This document shows positions 1 through 14,139 of a stretch of 64,000 nucleotides of DNA, in pieces. The DNA comes from the human T2T-CHM13v2.0 reference genome, Homo sapiens. Below the pieces are notes generated by a model. It was not told where the DNA came from and did not search any database. It was given only the letters and a program-made list of their open reading frames with translations. The stretch lies in the NCBI RefSeq assembly GCF_009914755.1, contig NC_060944.1. The stretch is one strand, 5' to 3'. A program made the translations under genes and the position numbers. Numbering within the stretch: the first letter of the stretch is position 1; every line of letters begins with the position of its first letter.

Positions 1-104
1 GAATTTCCATGTCTGGAATGAAGGCTGGTTTGTGAGGTCTGACCTGGGCCCCTCGTACGGTGGATGGCAGGTGTTGGATGCTACCCCGCAGGAAAGAAGC
101 CAAG
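1..104 (+). CDS. TGM3: Transglutaminase 3 exon 8 (catalytic core; catalytic His and Asp)
   Basis: Frame from nt 2 reads [34 protein letters not shown], the transglutaminase FHVWNE and GWQxLDATPQE motifs. His codon 8-10 and Asp codon 77-79 are 23 codons apart, matching His330/Asp353. Donor CAAG|gtaact at 104/105. The acceptor lies outside the window. Confidence 0.96.
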
Positions 105-684
105 GTAACTTCTCTGGGTGTGGTTCTGAGTCGTGAGCCTCACAGTTATTTACAGCCATGGACAGCAGCATAGGGAAGTAACTCCAAAGCCCTCTCCCTC
201 TGGAATGCATGATGGGATTAAAACAAAAATAGTTTAAAAATAGATCTCCCCTGCTAATTTTGCTTGGCTCGGGCTGCTGTTTAAATGAGTGCCTGCCCTG
301 CACCCACAATGGCCACTGTTGCTGCACAGAGCCTTGGCACAGGCCAGGTGGGCAGAGAGAGCAGCCTTCCTCTGCCAGTAATGATTTTCCTTCACCAACT
401 GCAGCAGCCTCTCCTTCCCAGCACAGAAAATTCATGGTTCCCTGTTGCCCTTGGGGTTTAGTCCACATTCTCCACTGGTCACCACCCACAGCAGCTCTCT
501 CTGCCACACCAAGCTCCCCCTTAGGCAGGCTGCCTCTGCCATCCCTATCCCGGGCCTCTGCTTCCTCCTCTGGCCTCCCTCTGTCTCCTGCCCCATCAGG
601 GGTTGGGTCCCAGGCTCTCCTGGAGCCTTTCCTCTTCCCTTCTCTGACCTCTAGAGCATGACTTGTCTGTTACCCTCATTTTCA

Positions 685-1011
<327 letters not shown>

Positions 1012-1340
1012 TGTGATATATGAAGTAATATGTGCATGTAGTTGAAAAAAATTCAAACTATTCTAAAAGGACTAACAATAAAACTTAAGTCTTACCACAC
1101 CCCCAACCCCTAGCTCCTCTACCAGAATCAGTGCACGTTACTAGATTTGGGGGCTTGGAGGTAACTGAGACATTTGCTAGGCCACAATTTTCCAAAAGTT
1201 TCATTGCAACCCATTAGTGGTTATAAAATCTAGTTAGTGGGCTGTGTCCATCATTTTAGGAAAAGAAAATGAAATGGAATGGAACGGAAAGCAGGGAAAA
1301 GAACATAAACTATCAAGGCTCATTAGATATAGTTAGACTA

Positions 1341-1653
1341 GGCTGGGCGCAGTGGCTCACGCCTGTAATCCCAGCACTTTGGGAGGCCGAGGTGGGTGGA
1401 TCACGAGGTCAGGAGATCGAGACCATCCTGGCTAACATGGTGAAACCCCGTCTCTACTAAAATTACAAAAAAAAAAAATTAGCCGGGCGTGGTGGCGGGC
1501 GCCTGTAGTCCCAGCTACTGAGAGAGGCTGAGGCAGGAGAATGGCGTGAACCCGGGAGGCGGAGCTTGCAATGAGTCGAGATTGCACCACTGCACTCCAG
1601 ACTGGGCGACAGAGCACGACTGCATCTCAAAAAAACAAACAAACAAACAAAAA
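1341..1653 (+). mobile_element. AluY with perfect 16-bp TSD
   Basis: AluY diagnostic sequence gatcacgaggtcaggagatcgagaccatcctggctaac. TSD agatatagttagacta at 1325-1340 and 1654-1669. Inserted into a degenerate hAT-like remnant (~1185-1772). Confidence 0.95.
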
Positions 1654-1775
1654 AGATATAGTTAGACTAAAGACCATTGTCCTGTGAAACTTTTGTTTCT
1701 GTATCATATGTGTGCCAAGATGTCAAATGTATTTCTTTCTAGGGGTTGTGGTGAAAAAAGCTGAAAGTCACTGAC

Positions 1776-1796
1776 ATCTATCTATCTATCTATCTA
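1776..1796. repeat. (TCTA)n microsatellite
   Basis: atctatctatctatctatcta, about 5 units. Confidence 0.85.
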
Positions 1797-2271
1797 AGCT
1801 TCCTATGCTGAGTGCTAAGAAGAGGGAAGAAATGGTCAGGCTTGGGAGCTCAGAGGAACAAGAGGTCCCTGCAGGCTGCCTGTTCAGGGAAGTCTTCCTG
1901 GACTAGGAAGGTGATGAGCTTCTAGGCCAGAATGACTTGCAGAGGTAGAAAAGAGGCAGCCACCCTGAGCACGAGAAAGCAAGACTTTCCTCTTTAGGAA
2001 ACAGACCAAGGACAGTGGGTCAGCATGGATTAGGCGCCCGGAATGCGGAATTGTGTAGTCTTATGTAGAGGTTGAGTTCGACCAGCAAGAGAATCATAGC
2101 CCGGGAGGGTCTCTGCAGAATGCCAAATGAGTGGGACACACAGTCAGGGGTGAAGGAATTTGGGCGGGGCAGAGGCAGGGGGTTGCAGTGGTCCTGGAAG
2201 GCCCTGGGGAATCGGGCACTGGGTAGGTTGTGGCCTTGGCATATATCCAGCCTCTGCATCTTGGCCTCCAG

Positions 2272-2517
2272 GGGTGTTCCAGTGCGGCCCCGCTTCGGTC
2301 ATTGGTGTTCGAGAGGGTGATGTGCAGCTGAACTTCGACATGCCCTTTATCTTCGCGGAGGTTAATGCCGACCGCATCACCTGGCTGTACGACAACACCA
2401 CTGGCAAACAGTGGAAGAATTCCGTGAACAGTCACACCATTGGCAGGTACATCAGCACCAAGGCGGTGGGCAGCAATGCTCGCATGGACGTCACGGACAA
2501 GTACAAGTACCCAGAAG
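2272..2517 (+). CDS. TGM3: TGM3 exon 9 (246 nt, phase 1-1)
   Basis: Acceptor cctccag|GG and donor GAAG|gtagga. Encodes [38 protein letters not shown]...[23 protein letters not shown] (conserved FAEVNAD, ISTK and YKYPEG motifs). Confidence 0.97.
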
Positions 2518-3139
2518 GTAGGAGGGACGCTGGCGGGGCAGTGCCGCGAGAGGTTCTATTGTGGGAGGATGGCTCTGAGGCTGGAGAGGAGAAAAGTCCT
2601 CACCTCCCCCGCACTGGCAGCCAGTTCTGCCTGAATGATAGGATTGCTCCCTAGCACCTAACATCCACCTCCCAGGACTGTTTCCGGAGGGAACAAAACC
2701 ATCACGGGCAGCTGTTGTGCCAGTGGAAGTTTGCTGCAGGGCACAGGTGGCTGTCAACCCAGCCCATCTCCAGCTGTGTCCCTGTCTCAACTACACAGCT
2801 AGGGTGACAGCACCGTGACTGAACATCACAGGGAGAGACATGGCCCCCATGAAAGGCCCCCAAGGGCTTTGGGAGAGATTTCTCCATCAGTCTGCTCCCT
2901 TAGCCTCTGAGAAACTCAGGGAGAAAACCATCTGAACGAAGAAAGGGACAAAGAAACCCAGAGACCTGAGCTTGCACTGTGCACATTTGGAGGTCTCCCA
3001 AGAAGCCAGATGAGGTGTGATTACATGGTGTGAATGCCTGAGCTCCTGAAATCTCAGGCATGCTACATTGCTCGTCCCCCTGAAGTCACCTTGGAAAGCC
3101 AGTTGCTGCGAGGCTGCCTCGACTCAATTATATTCACTG

Positions 3140-3260
3140 CCCAGAGTTTCTTTTGAAACCAGCAGCGCATCTCTTGGAGCATTCTCAATGATGATAAAAG
3201 TTCTGCATTTGAAGACAAAGTTCATTTTTAGAAACAGCCAAAAGTAATTTAGTGCTTGCT
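3140..3260. mobile_element. Mariner-like (MARNA-type) DNA transposon remnant
   Basis: The segment ttcatttttagaaacagccaaaagtaattt resembles the recalled MARNA consensus. Short and degenerate. Confidence 0.4.
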
Positions 3261-3819
3261 CTTGCAGGCCACAGTCACTCCTAAATGGGGTCAACATTTC
3301 ACACTTTCTAAAATGCTTTGAAATTGCTCATTCCATTGATCTTCACAGTTGGTTCTGAGGGGTCAAGAAAAGCATCCTCATAAAGGTGCACACAGTACCC
3401 ACAAAGTAAGCCCTGAATCTCTAAGTGACGGTTGGCTAATGGTGTTGGCCGAGTTTACAAAAAAGGAAAGCTGAGCGCAGGTGATGGGGTCTGACTTCAA
3501 GTCCAAGTGGGTGCCCCCCCAGGTGCTGGTATTTGTGAACATTTGGAGGCACAGTTTTAGGGTTATGAGATTGGTGGCCTCAATTTGGCCCCAGTCTTCC
3601 TCTGCAGGTCATTCCCAGGACTGAGCTCAGATAGACCTTTGCTCAGTCAATAAACATATTCTGAGCCCCATACTGAGTGCCTGCTTCACGCTGGGCCTTG
3701 GGGATGCAACAGAGGACACTGTAGATGGGCTGGAGGTGTGGGGATGTAGGACAAGTATTTTCAACAATGTTATGACGTAGAAACAAGCATAGGGGGCCAG
3801 GGAGCAAAAACTCGGGGGC

Positions 3820-4015
3820 GGAAGGTGAACTCTAGCCCTACCAGCCATAATTGTGTGACCTCGAGCAAGTTTCCTCTGATCTCTGAGCCCTCGCTTCCTC
3901 ACCCGAAGAATGAGAAGAGCAATGCCTGTCTTCAGCGGGATTTAAATGAGCTAAGGTATACAAAGTGCCAAGTGCAATGCCTGGCATATAGTCAAGACTT
4001 GATAAATAGCAGTGG
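3820..4015 (+). mobile_element. MIR
   Basis: MIR core-like tgtgtgacctcgagcaagtt...ctctgagccctcgcttcctca...cctggcatatagt. Confidence 0.7.
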
Positions 4016-4871
4016 TGATCTTTATCAATTTGAACCTCTATAGCCTCACTGGAACAATGACTTCCCAAGGTGACTATTTTGCAGGCGCTGCTTACATGAC
4101 TGTACGATCCTGTGGGGTTCCTTACCTTACCCCACACCTTGATCTCTGGCTGTCTCAGCCAAACTTCCTGAACAATGGAGAATGGGCAGGTCCGTTGTGG
4201 GGGTGGGGGAGGGGGTCCCTGAAGGACTCCTAGCAATGCCCCAGCCCTTATGCGACAGGACAGATCACCCTGCCTGATGTTGCCCAGATCTTCTTACCTA
4301 ATGACTCTAGCTTCTCTCTGAGGGCCCCAGAGAGGAAAAGCTCATAAAATATGTTGCTAAGTATTGATGCAATAGCAACAGCAAAGGGAGAAAACAGCAG
4401 GAGGAAGCTTAGTCTTGAGTAAACCCAGCAGGTGACCTATATAGGCATCAAGGCTCCAAGCCTCATTGTGCAAACACACCTGCTTCAAGGTCCCAGGCAC
4501 AGAAGGCTCAGATCCGTGCACTGCCTTCAGCTCTGGGTTGAACTTACAGCTGGACTAGAGGATGGGAAGGCATCAAAAGGAACCCAGCCCACCAGGAACT
4601 ACCAGCTTAGGTAATCTGGCTGCCTGCCTTCTTTTTAGCAGGGTGTGTGGGAGGAAACTTAGACCAGGGGTCCAGACACCAGGGAACTGGCCCCCTCTCT
4701 GCCTCTGCAGATGACTGGCCCAGTCCATCTCAGAGTGGTCTGGACAAGTTGTGTCTCTTCTTAGGGCCTTAACTTGATAGGCATGGACGAGTTGGCCTCT
4801 GAAGTCTCTGCAAATCACATGTAATTTATGGGAAGGGGCTTGCTGTATCGTAAAATGCTTACAATAAGTCA

Positions 4872-5325
<454 letters not shown>

Positions 5326-6153
5326 TCACCACCTTCTCCTAGATCTATCTTCAGGTCAAGCCTTTTGTGAACTGCTCAGTCAGCCCTGGCTCAGAGGCTT
5401 GCAGTCGGTTACTCAGCTCTGTGTGCCCTCAGAGCCATTTTCAGGTACATCCCTGTCATTCTCTGTGGGCTACTTACGCCATCACACTCAGCAGCACCCA
5501 TAGCCTGAGTCAGAGTCAGAAAACCCATCTTTTTATCCAGTCTTTGCAGTTTTGAAAACTGAAATCTCTGGACAATTTCAACTAGTCATAACTTGGAACC
5601 ACACCGACCATGGGAAGTCCTTGTCAACCGGCACAGATCAAAATGTCACTCCTTGACTCTCAAAGCACCTTTAGAAACAAGGCAGAAGAACATGGTTTAC
5701 CAAAAAAAATTTTTTAATTAAGTCAGTTCTAAATCATCACCTTGCTTTTTGGCTTATGAATGTATTCTAATCTTTTTCAGCTCAGTTCTTATGATTTATT
5801 TTGAAATTATCTGTTTTTTAAGTCTCACAAAAGACATTTTATCAGAAAAAAATGGAATCTAACCTAATTAACGCAAGCAAATGATCAAGCCACATAGTAA
5901 TTGTGTGCAGGTGTGATAAAGCTTTTCTACAGATTTTGGGAAATTTAGAGCTGATTAGAAAAGCGCCAGAGACCAACTGGTCTGTGAGTCTCCGGTTAAG
6001 ACAGGCGAGCTGGAGACCTGTGAAAGTCGAATGCCTGCTAGGGCAGCAATGGAGCCAGCACCAGTCCTAGGCCGCCTGTCCAGGCAGGGTACTGTCCTTT
6101 GCCCAGGTTGCCATCACATCCCTGGCATGTTTCTGTCTTTTCCCACCACACAG

Positions 6154-6462
6154 GCTCTGACCAGGAAAGACAAGTGTTCCAAAAGGCTTTGGGGAAACTT
6201 AAACCCAACACGCCATTTGCCGCGACGTCTTCAATGGGTTTGGAAACAGAGGAACAGGAGCCCAGCATCATCGGGAAGCTGAAGGTCGCTGGCATGCTGG
6301 CAGTAGGCAAAGAAGTCAACCTGGTCCTACTGCTCAAAAACCTGAGCAGGGATACGAAGACAGTGACAGTGAACATGACAGCCTGGACCATCATCTACAA
6401 CGGCACGCTTGTACATGAAGTGTGGAAGGACTCTGCCACAATGTCCCTGGACCCTGAGGAAG
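6154..6462 (+). CDS. TGM3: TGM3 exon 10 (309 nt; hinge with zymogen activation site and start of beta-barrel 1)
   Basis: Acceptor cacacag|GC and donor GAAG|gtaacg. Encodes GSDQERQVFQKALGKLKPNTPFAATSSMGLETEEQEPSIIGKLKVAG...AWTIIYNGTLVHEVWKDSATMSLDPEE. The hinge sequence is TGM3-specific. Confidence 0.97.
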
Positions 6463-7517
6463 GTAACGCATCCCGCAGTTGGAGGAGATCCACGAATCCG
6501 AGGTAGCCAATGGCCTTCTGGGGCTGCAGGGTGTCTGCTGGGCTCCAGGTTAGTCAGCTACGAAGGGAGCAGCCAGCGGCCCCTGTGGTTAAGCCATGTA
6601 TTAATGCTTTGGAAGTTTCTGTCTCTATGAACAGAGTGATGCCAACCAAATGTCAGGGTGGTGCCAACCAAAATCCTTTTACGCCCCAAGGGAGGAAGGA
6701 GGGAGGCTTTGGCAGTTCATAGCTATGGCACAATATCCCTTACAAGTATATACCACCTCACACAGTTTGACCGTCTAAAAAAAGGCAGATTTTCAGTGTC
6801 CATCTTATAGAAGCAGAAAGTGAGGCTGGGAGAGATTTGTGACTTGCTTCAGAGATAAAGTATCATAGATAGTAGTGGTAGTGCTGAGTCTTGGTCCTAG
6901 GTTTCCTGATACTGAGTCCAGAGCCACCCCCTGTTTTCTATGTTGTATTGTTCTTACCCACCTCACCCCCACTCCCACAACAAATCGCTTTTCAAATTTG
7001 ACCTCAGGAGGGTGGCAATGACCACGGGACCCTAAACCTTGGCCCATGGCCCTCCCACAGCTGCCACGGGGTGGGTGGACCTTCTGGAATCCTGACAACA
7101 GTGACAGGTTTTCTTAGAAGTCTGAGCGTTTGGGAGGAACAGTGACTCCTTGCCCTTGGGTAGCAGGGATGGGAAGGGAACAAGGTGGAGCAGATAAAGG
7201 TTGTGCTGTGGAAGGATTAGAATGCAGGTGTGCCCACATTGGTAAAATCCTTCAAGCTGTCATGAAAAGTTTGGACTTACAAGCCGGATTAACAGGGCAG
7301 GGTGGTTATTTGCTTCACATAAGGAACTAATAGAAACTGATTAATTATACTGCCCATCTTGAAAGAATTCTGTCTCCAGAGAAACTGAGAGGTGTCACAC
7401 CTGTCAGAAAGCAGCATCCCCTAGCAATCTGTCTTCTGGCAGAATTTTAGCAGAAATCTTTTCAATATCAGAAGCAACTGCCTGGCTGTTATTGACCTTA
7501 GAAACTCAAAGAAAGGG

Positions 7518-7847
7518 CTTTTTTTGTTTGTTTGTTTGTTTTTGTTTATTTGTTTTGTTTTTAGACAGGATCTTGCTCTGTCTGCCAGGCTGAAGTGATC
7601 ATAGCTCACTGCAGCCTCAAACTCTGGGCTCAAGCAATCCTCCTGCCTCAGCCCCCCAAGTAGCTGTAGTCCCAAGTAACTAGGACTACAGGCATGCCAT
7701 TATGCCCAGCTAACTTTTAAAGTTTTTTGTAGAGATAGGGTCTCACTATGTTGCCCAGGCTAGTCTCAAACTCCTGGCCTCAAGCAATTTTCCCGCCTTG
7801 GCTTCCCAAAGTGCTGGGATTACAGGCATAAGCCACCATGCCTGGCC
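7518..7847 (-). mobile_element. Alu (AluJ-type), antisense in TGM3 intron 10
   Basis: (TTTG)n tail followed by a reverse-complement Alu ending gccaccatgcctggcc. Confidence 0.92.
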
Positions 7848-8770
7848 AAAAGAGCTAATTTTGGAAATCAAAAAAAATTCACAGGATGGAAATAGTTAAA
7901 AAAAAACCGTTTTGCAGAATGGAATGGAAAAGAGAGAGAAGGCAGGTGTAGTGGTCTTAGAGTCTGGTCGTCTGCCAAGTAGTTGCTAGATGACCCTGGT
8001 TAAGTCTCCCTCCCTTTCTGAACCTCGGAGGTCACTGACGGTGAGGGTTGGACCAGCTGATGCAAGGGCCTGTCCTCTCCACATTTGGGGCAGGGATGGC
8101 AAATTCCTTCAGTGCTAAAAGCAGAGGCAGCTTCCTCCTCACAGTCTTACCTACAAGAGTATGTAATACTGTGGGTGCTGGGGCATCCCCAGGCCACCCA
8201 GCATGACAGCCTGAGGGAAGGGAGCACCTAAGCCCATCAGGGTAGGGAAAGGGCCCCGCGGCCCACAGGGTCAGAAGAGAGGACTTAAAGCGTGGGGAAG
8301 GAGCCGGATGCATGGAGAGAAGCCAGGGGAGGCATTTCCATCTGGGGGAACCATGTGAGTCAAAATATGGGGGCGAAAAGGTGCCTGTTTTGTCTGCAGA
8401 ACAAGAAGTGTGGAAGGTTCTTTTAAGGGACAGGTGATGCAGGGCCAGGTTGAGGGGTCTGAACTTTATCTAAGGCAATGAGGAGCCACGGAAGATTTTT
8501 GAAGTCACATGTGACACAGAAGAAGAGTGATTTAGAAAACAAAACAGAACAAAACGAAAAACAGCTTTCCAAAGCTTTGTCTGGCTGGTGTGTGGATGAT
8601 TTAGAAGAACTAGAGACCAGACCAGAGGAATGAAGGGGATGCTGTGGCAGTAGAACCCCAGGCTATTAGATGACGGGGAGGATCCTAAGCGTTTGTTTAG
8701 CCAATACCCTGGCTTCCCTTCCTACCTATTATTGTGTTACTGTCATGATTGCTACTGTTGTTGGCAATCA

Positions 8771-9214
<444 letters not shown>

Positions 9215-9267
9215 TCAGAAGCCATCCCCACTCCCCCTCACTCGGATCCCCTGGCTTCTCCTTCCAG

Positions 9268-9425
9268 AGGCAGAACATCCCATAAAGATCTCGTACGCTC
9301 AGTATGAGAAGTACCTGAAGTCAGACAACATGATCCGGATCACAGCGGTGTGCAAGGTCCCAGATGAGTCTGAGGTGGTGGTGGAGCGGGACATCATCCT
9401 GGACAACCCCACCTTGACCCTGGAG
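9268..9425 (+). CDS. TGM3: TGM3 exon 11 (158 nt)
   Basis: Acceptor cttccag|AG and donor GAG|gtaatg. Encodes EAEHPIKISYAQYEKYLKSDNMIRITAVCKVPDESEVVVERDIILDNPTLTLE in frame with exon 10. Confidence 0.96.
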
Positions 9426-9768
9426 GTAATGGGGCTCCCCATCCTGTGGGAAGGGGTTCTGCCCCCAGCCAGCCCAGCTCCCAGGAGCCCCACTGTCCCT
9501 GTGAGCCACAGCTCTCCCAGAGGGCAAAGGAGAGTTTTTTCTTGCTGGGAGGGGCAGAGAACTGGGCCCAGCTTCGGTCCAGCCTCTGCCAAATAGCCAA
9601 GAGCTCCCACTCAGGCCCGTGTTCCTGCTCCCTGTCTGGTGAGATAAACGCGTGCATTTGCCTGGCTGCTTCTCAGATTCTAGTTCAGAACCACTGGGGG
9701 CATCAGCTGAGGAGGGGCCTGGGGGACTCTTTTCAGCTCATTCCCTTCTCACTCAGCTACTGAGCATT

Positions 9769-9832
9769 TGCTGTGTTCTGGGCCATGCCAGGCTTGAGAT
9801 CTGCTGTGTTCTGGGCCATGCCAGGCTTGAGA
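9769..9832. repeat. 33-bp-period tandem duplication
   Basis: tgctgtgttctgggccatgccaggcttgaga occurs identically at 9769 and 9802. Confidence 0.95.
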
Positions 9833-11572
9833 ATCACAGACAGGCACAGGTGTAGGTCTCACACACAGCCAGCTGATGTGCCAGGGCCACAGCCCAGCCC
9901 TCTGTCATGGACAGATCAGAAATAGGCCTGACCCACAGCATCTCTCCCCTGTCTAGACCCTGGAGTTACAGAATTGTGGACTCTTAGGAGCCTAGTCACA
10001 TGCTCCTGTACTCTCATTTCACACAAGTAAACCAAGGCCCAGAGAGAAGGGAACAGCTGGCCACCGCCAGAGTCAAGGCTAGGCCTCAGAACCTGGGACT
10101 CCCAGCCCATGCCCCTCCAAGGCGTCCTGGTACATCACCAGCCAGCAACAGCATCTTCAAAGTGGCTGAGAACAAAGACCCCTCTTTCTCTGCTCATAGG
10201 GCTTCCTTTACTTTGCAGCATTCACTCCCAGGCTCCTTCTCAGGAGCCCAGGAAGGTGGGGCTTGCAGGTCTGTGGGAGGCCCCTCGTGCCACTCTGTGT
10301 CTTCCTCAGCACTGGTAGGAGCACCTGTGCGGACTCCAAGCCTGTCCCTCACCCTGTAGCCCCTGTGCCTGATCCCCACAGCCCAGGGTGAAGGGTGCTG
10401 GAACCAGGGAGTATAGGTCTGAAGGGTAAAAGGCTGGACAAGGACAGGCAGACAAACGGACAGAGAACATGAGGTTTTCCCTTGGGGCCCAATCAAGAGC
10501 CTCATGGGCCAGGCCCTGCCCTCTCTCATCTGCTGTACCCACCGTCTGCCCCAGTTGTCTAGATAGAAATTGCCTTTCCCTGTACAATCACAATGCCACA
10601 GGTTTCCCAAGCCCCAGAAACCAGGAAGAGCCAGATAATCATGGCTGCCCTGGCCCGCCCCTCCTTAAGCTGTAAGCTGGCTGCAGGCGTTCCTGACCTC
10701 AGAAAGGGCAGGGGGATCTAGGATGCTGGCTCTGATGCCGGGCCTGGTTCTCCCACATAGCTGGCCTGCAATTGCACCCTTTTACTGTCCTGGTTAGTTT
10801 GGACTGTGCTTCAGGATGGGGGAGTTGGTCCCCTACCTTAGGGGCTAGAGAGTCAGTGACTGGGCAGCCAGTCTGGGGGCTGAGAAGGGCAGTCGTTCAG
10901 GCCTTGGGCCATGTAACCAAATGGATCTGGCATTGTATCTAAACCCCTCCATTGATCAGTGGTGACACTGAGCAGGTCCCTTAATCTGAGTCTCAGTTGC
11001 TCCAACTCTGTCACTGGGACAATAAATTACTTCCCTTGCAGAGTGTCATTTCCTCAGGGAAGCCTTTCCTGAGCTCCCAAATTAGGCTCCCAAATTCATC
11101 TCAATTATACACCCTCAGAACATTCTGTCCTTTTCCTTCAAGGCATTTGTCCCAGCTGGAATATTATCCTTCTTTGTGCAATTATTTGGTTGTGAATCCC
11201 TACCCAACCGTAAACTCCATGAGGGCAGGCATTACCTCTGTTCTGAGTTCATCACTGTCTCCCTTAGCACAATGTCTTAGTGGATAGCCACTATTTGTAA
11301 AAGAGAAATAGCCCCTTGCTCGGGGCATGACTGGAACAGATCCCCTTGGCTCTGGACTTGCATTCTTCCCTGCACAGGAAAGTCAGTCCAGGCTTGTGCC
11401 CTGCGTGTGACAGCCTCTCCTGCTTCACAAGACATTTCTGAGAAACACTCCCCATCTCTCTAGACATGGTGGACAGCAGAGTGCCCATTCCAACTCCTGA
11501 GGCTAGAAAATGATACTGGGTGGCTGCCAGTTCAGTTATGAGAACATTCTGTACTAAAGTGATCAGTGTTTA

Positions 11573-11883
<311 letters not shown>

Positions 11884-13506
11884 TTAGTGTTTTTCCCCAG
11901 TGTATTCCCCATTATGTTCCCTTATCCAATGTCCTCAAACCTTCTTCCAGCATTATCTTTTATTCAACACTTTTGCTATACATCTTCCAGATTTCCATGG
12001 CAAGTCTACTTATCTTTAAGATACTACAATATCTTTAGAAAGGAAATCAGAATATATAAGGCTAGAAATGTGCCATCACTGACTCTTTTTAAAAATTTAA
12101 TCTTTTTAAATGACTCCTGATCTTCCTTCTTCGAGGCAAGTTCTTTCCTCCACCTAAGCCTTCACCTAATCGAGACATTCTTGTCTCTATTGAACGGATC
12201 AATGCCTAGCTCACTCAGAGCAGGGCACCGATTTTTAAACTGGAGAAGGTGATCTGTATGAAAAGATAATAATTTGGGTAAAACCCCATTATCTAACCTG
12301 GTACTGACTGGCAATTAGCACTGAGGACCTTAGACCACAAAACCAGGCCAAAAACAATCTGAACATTGTTTCCAAAGGGTGATGTCCTCCCAATTGATCC
12401 ATCATCTGTGACAAGCAAACTCAGGTTTTTAGTGGCTTTTATCCTTTCCTCTGGGTACATTTACAGAGTTGGGTCAATAGGAGAGAGTGGTAAGCGGCAT
12501 TAAAAAAAGAAAAAAAAGCATGGAAATCTCAAATTAAATATCACCATGAAAAATGTGGCAACATCTGTATAGCTTTCTTATAACCCAATAGCATAAAATT
12601 ATGCTGCACTCTTCAAATTATGTCATACACTTAAATGAGTTTCATGGAAGAAATGAAAATATAGACCATGATGTGTAAAATGCTTCAATTACTCACAAAT
12701 TACTGGGAGGTATTGCAGACCTATCAGAAACAGCAAAGGCTTTAGATCCAGCTGGGCTCTGCTGTTTCCTTGTGTGTGAATGTTCCAGGTTATTGAATCA
12801 GCCTGAACCTCAGCTCTGTCACTGTAAAATGGTTGCTCTGAGGATTAGTGACAAGAAAAACAAAACACAGCAACAACAAAACCCAGCAACCTCCGGTCAT
12901 CCTCAAAAGAAGAAGAAATCCAATAGCCATAAAATGTCCATTTCTATGTCCAAAATGCTTTCTTCCCCATCCTTGATCTCATTTGACCCCTTCTGGGAGG
13001 GAAGAGATGATTGTCCTTCTTTACCAGATGAGGAAGTTGAGGCGCAAAGAGATGACTTGTCTGCCCAGAATGAATTACGGCTGTTTCTTGGCAGAAACAC
13101 AACAGCTTTCATCTTTTGGTCTGAATAAATAGTCCAAATTGCTTTTCTGACCCCAAACCCAGCCTTCATCTGTTCTGATCACTGAGCAAGGACCGTGTGG
13201 TATTAGAGCTCCGCTCAGACTATAAATGGTGCACAGGGAACCTCTGGGCTCTAGAAGTTTAGAAGGACATTGGTAGACTGGGGTGTCAGCAGAGGAGAGT
13301 AGCCTGGGTTGAGCTGGGGGGACCCAACCCCTGGAAAAAGAGTTAAGGGAGCTACAGTGTGAGCCAGGGTGTGAGCAGCTGTAGGGCCTGGGGCTGCCCT
13401 TTTCAACACCTGTGGGGCCTCCCAGAGACGGAGGTTCAAGCTTTAAGGGAAGAAACAGGACCCATAAGCAGGAAAGCCAAGGAAAGTAATATTAAACCCA
13501 GCAAGT

Positions 13507-13635
13507 GGCTGGGCACAGTGACTTACATCTGTAATCCCAGTGCTTTGGGAGGCCAAGGCAGGAAGATCACTTGAGGCCAGGAGTTCGAGGCCAGCCTGGG
13601 CAACACAGCAAGACCCTGTCCTTGCAAAAAATAAA
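13507..13635 (+). mobile_element. Alu monomer (FLAM-type)
   Basis: Left-arm Alu with a short A tail. Confidence 0.85.
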
Positions 13636-14005
13636 TTCAGCATGAAAAATGTCCTGACCCTCACAGAGCCCACAGTGGGGTTGGGCTGTCCTGGGAAGCA
13701 GGGTCTGAACTGGAGTCGGGGCAGGGAAGTAACAGTGTTGTTGGCTGCTGCAGGGGGCCCCTTCCCCCTCAAAGCTGAGGTTCTCATCCACAGCACAGGA
13801 TAATGTCCTGGGACCATCCTGTGTATTGGGGGGCAGGGGGCGTCAGACACAATGTGCCTGGCACCTAGGAGGGCTAAATGGTCTCCCCTTCTTCATCCTC
13901 AGTGACATCACCCCCTTCACTCAGTCACCCTGCCCAGCCCTCACCAAGGTGCAGGCAGGGGCTGAGCAGCTGGAGTCCTGACTCGGCAGCCCCTCTCCCC
14001 CATAG

Positions 14006-14139
14006 GTGCTGAACGAGGCTCGTGTGCGGAAGCCTGTGAACGTGCAGATGCTCTTCTCCAATCCACTGGATGAGCCGGTGAGGGACTGCGTGCTGATGGT
14101 GGAGGGAAGCGGCCTGCTGTTGGGTAACCTGAAGATCGA
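14006..14139 (+). CDS. TGM3: TGM3 exon 12 (134 nt; beta-barrel 2)
   Basis: Acceptor ccccatag|GTG and donor GA|gtgagt. Encodes VLNEARVRKPVNVQMLFSNPLDEPVRDCVLMVEGSGLLLGNLKI (conserved F-x-NPL and C...EGSGL motifs). Not present in the ORF track. Confidence 0.96.

Noticed and set aside
6463-6506. Intron 10 read-through producing a truncated TGM3, analogous to the short TGM2 isoform
   Set aside because: A stop follows after about 14 codons, but I see no nearby canonical poly(A) signal. A retained-intron transcript would probably undergo NMD, and the sequence gives no positive evidence.
13220-13227. TATAAAT in TGM3 intron 11 as an internal promoter
   Set aside because: Isolated motif expected by chance, with no supporting elements.
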